This document shows, piece after piece, positions 62,549-64,000 of a stretch of 64,000 bases of DNA. Under the pieces are notes generated by a model, which saw nothing but the letters and a program-made list of their open reading frames with translations, did no database searches and had not been told where the DNA came from. The first letter of the stretch is position 1. Every line of letters starts with the position of its first letter. The stretch is from Octopus vulgaris (Eukaryota), in assembly GCA_951406725.2 (NCBI GenBank), contig OX597828.1, forward strand, positions 58,404,001 to 58,468,000, written 5' to 3'. The translations under genes and the position numbers were made by a program.

Positions 62549-63137
62549 GTAGGGGTCCACCAAGGATCAGTCCTCAGCCCCCTATTATTCATCATAGTCC
62601 TTCAGGCAATAACAGAGGAATTCAAGACAGGCTGCCCCTGGGAGCTTCTCTATGCTGATGAGCTTATTCTAATAGCTGAGTCACTTTCAGAACTAGAGGG
62701 GTTTCAGGTGTGGAAGTAAGGTCTGGAATCGAAGGGCCTTAGGGTCAGTCTAGCGAAAGCTAAAGTCTTAGTAAGTAGGAAGGCTGACAAATCACAAATC
62801 CCTTCAGGTAGATGGCCCTGCTCGATCTGTCGAAAAGGTGTAGGTAGAGACTCCATAAGATGTACCTGGTGTAAACTATAGACACATAAGAGGTGCAGCA
62901 ATATCAAAGGAAGGCTAACTGGGAAGATAGATTTTGTGTGTGGCAAATGCACAGGAGCAATAAACACTAATAATGTGCAGTAAACAGCTTCCGTCACATG
63001 CCAGAGGGAAAAACTAGAAGTAATGGATAGCTTCTGTTGCCTAGGTGACAAGGTCAGTAGCAGAGGTGGATGCCCAGAGAACATAGCTGCTAGAATAAGA
63101 ATAGCCTGGGCAAAGTTCAGACAGTTCTTATCTCTGG
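62549..63137 (+). mobile_element. RTE-type LINE internal RT fragment with PHD-like zinc finger, decayed
   Basis: VGVHQGSVLSPLLFIIVL...ELLYADELILIAES...GLRVSLAKAKVL...[CSIC..CTWC..HKRC..CGKC]...FCCLGD...ARIRIAWAKF, with stops and a frameshift. Confidence 0.87.
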
Positions 63138-63661
63138 CATGGGTACTCTGTACTTGAGACCAGCACAGGTGCTTTACACTCGGCACTGGCACAAGTACTT
63201 TATATTTGGCACCAACACAGATCTTTACACTTGGCACTAGCACAGGATTTACTTGTGGACTTGGTGTATTGAGTTTTCTTCCCATGATACTGTTCTATGT
63301 GTTTGCATTAGTTAAGAGGAATGGGCAAAATCCGCAACCTCTGGGGGCTTTCTCAGACTGGTGAGATAAGCCATTCTAAGCATTTGCAGAAAAAATTGTT
63401 GGTGGGTGGGTTTCTAGTTTAAATGTTTGTATCAGTGAACTTTGTCTATTGAAGCCAAAGACTAAGTGTTCTTGTTAGCCTTGGTGTGCGAGGCCTACAA
63501 ACTTTGTTATAATGTTTTTAACATTCGTAAATCTCTGGGAAGAATTTTCAAGATATTTTTTCCAAATGTACTGCTTATTGAATTCTGTTTTTTCAGGTTT
63601 GTTTTACTAATCTCTCTTCTCTCCCCCACCCCAACTAACTTTCTTTTTTCTTTTGTTTTAG

Positions 63662-63772
63662 TTTCAGCCTTTTATTTTGAATGTCCAGACAAACAGATTT
63701 CTATGAATGCATCAATATGGACCAAATCTAAATTCATGGGAATGTCAATAGGTGTTATGATGGTTGGTAAAG
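63662..63772 (+). CDS. OSBPL11: Exon 16 ([37 protein letters not shown])
   Basis: ctaac branch point, pyrimidine tract, tag acceptor, gtgagc donor; KSKFxGxSI motif. Confidence 0.96.
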
Positions 63773-63844
63773 GTGAGCTGATGAGTTTTTCCTTTTTAAT
63801 ACCTTCAGAATGGATATTCGAAATTTCCTTTCTGGAGATTCTTG

Positions 63845-64000
63845 GGTTTCTGCACAACTTGTCAAAAGTGCATATAAAGCATATGCAGTAATGTACAAAT
63901 GTCTGGAAAGCAAACAATGCATGAGTCAGATACATGCTTGTGTGTGTGTATGTATGGGAGAAAATCAGGTGTAGTGTTGGCGAATCTCAGGAAGCATGGA
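63845..64000 (-). mobile_element. CR1/L2-type LINE 3' end (runs off window)
   Basis: Near-identical to 31865-32015. Confidence 0.85.

Larger units (their letters stand above)
5973..63772 (+). other. OSBPL11: Multi-exon gene, oxysterol-binding protein-related protein 10/11-like (PH + ORD), 3' end outside window
   Basis: 16 exons splice in phase through GT-AG introns into one 544-codon open frame. PH domain ([20 protein letters not shown]), DLLLLKATS helix, [69 protein letters not shown]. No FFAT motif seen, as in ORP10/11. Probably a co-orthologue of vertebrate OSBPL10 and OSBPL11. Confidence 0.93.

Overview
AT-rich animal genomic DNA. The microsatellite-rich introns and the SINE/LINE repertoire look like Octopus or another coleoid cephalopod (recognised from memory, not by search). 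Almost the whole window is one + strand gene encoding an oxysterol-binding protein-related protein of the OSBPL10/OSBPL11 type. I assembled 16 phase-consistent GT-AG coding exons from 5973 to 63772 (1633 nt, 544 codons; the first exon is tentative). They encode a PH domain, a helical linker and the N-terminal half of the ORD, with the LPTFILE and EQVSHHPP motifs; the gene continues past the right edge. The introns hold three tRNA-derived SINE families, RTE and CR1/L2-type LINE fragments, two Penelope-like elements, a full-length decayed mariner, a miniature Gypsy LTR element, MITEs and a 48-bp minisatellite. Most notable: (1) minimal hammerhead-ribozyme motifs in several unrelated repeats, including a Penelope 3' end carrying a Pol III tRNA-like cassette just upstream of a hammerhead core; (2) an RTE LINE with a twin-priming-type 5' inversion and a TSD; (3) an RTE RT with an inserted PHD finger; (4) a CpG-retaining island in intron 9 that may be an internal promoter; (5) candidate micro- and poison exons. 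No prokaryotic system or CRISPR array is present. Nearly all ORF-track entries are repeat artefacts. Repeat boundaries are approximate unless a TSD or TIR is cited.
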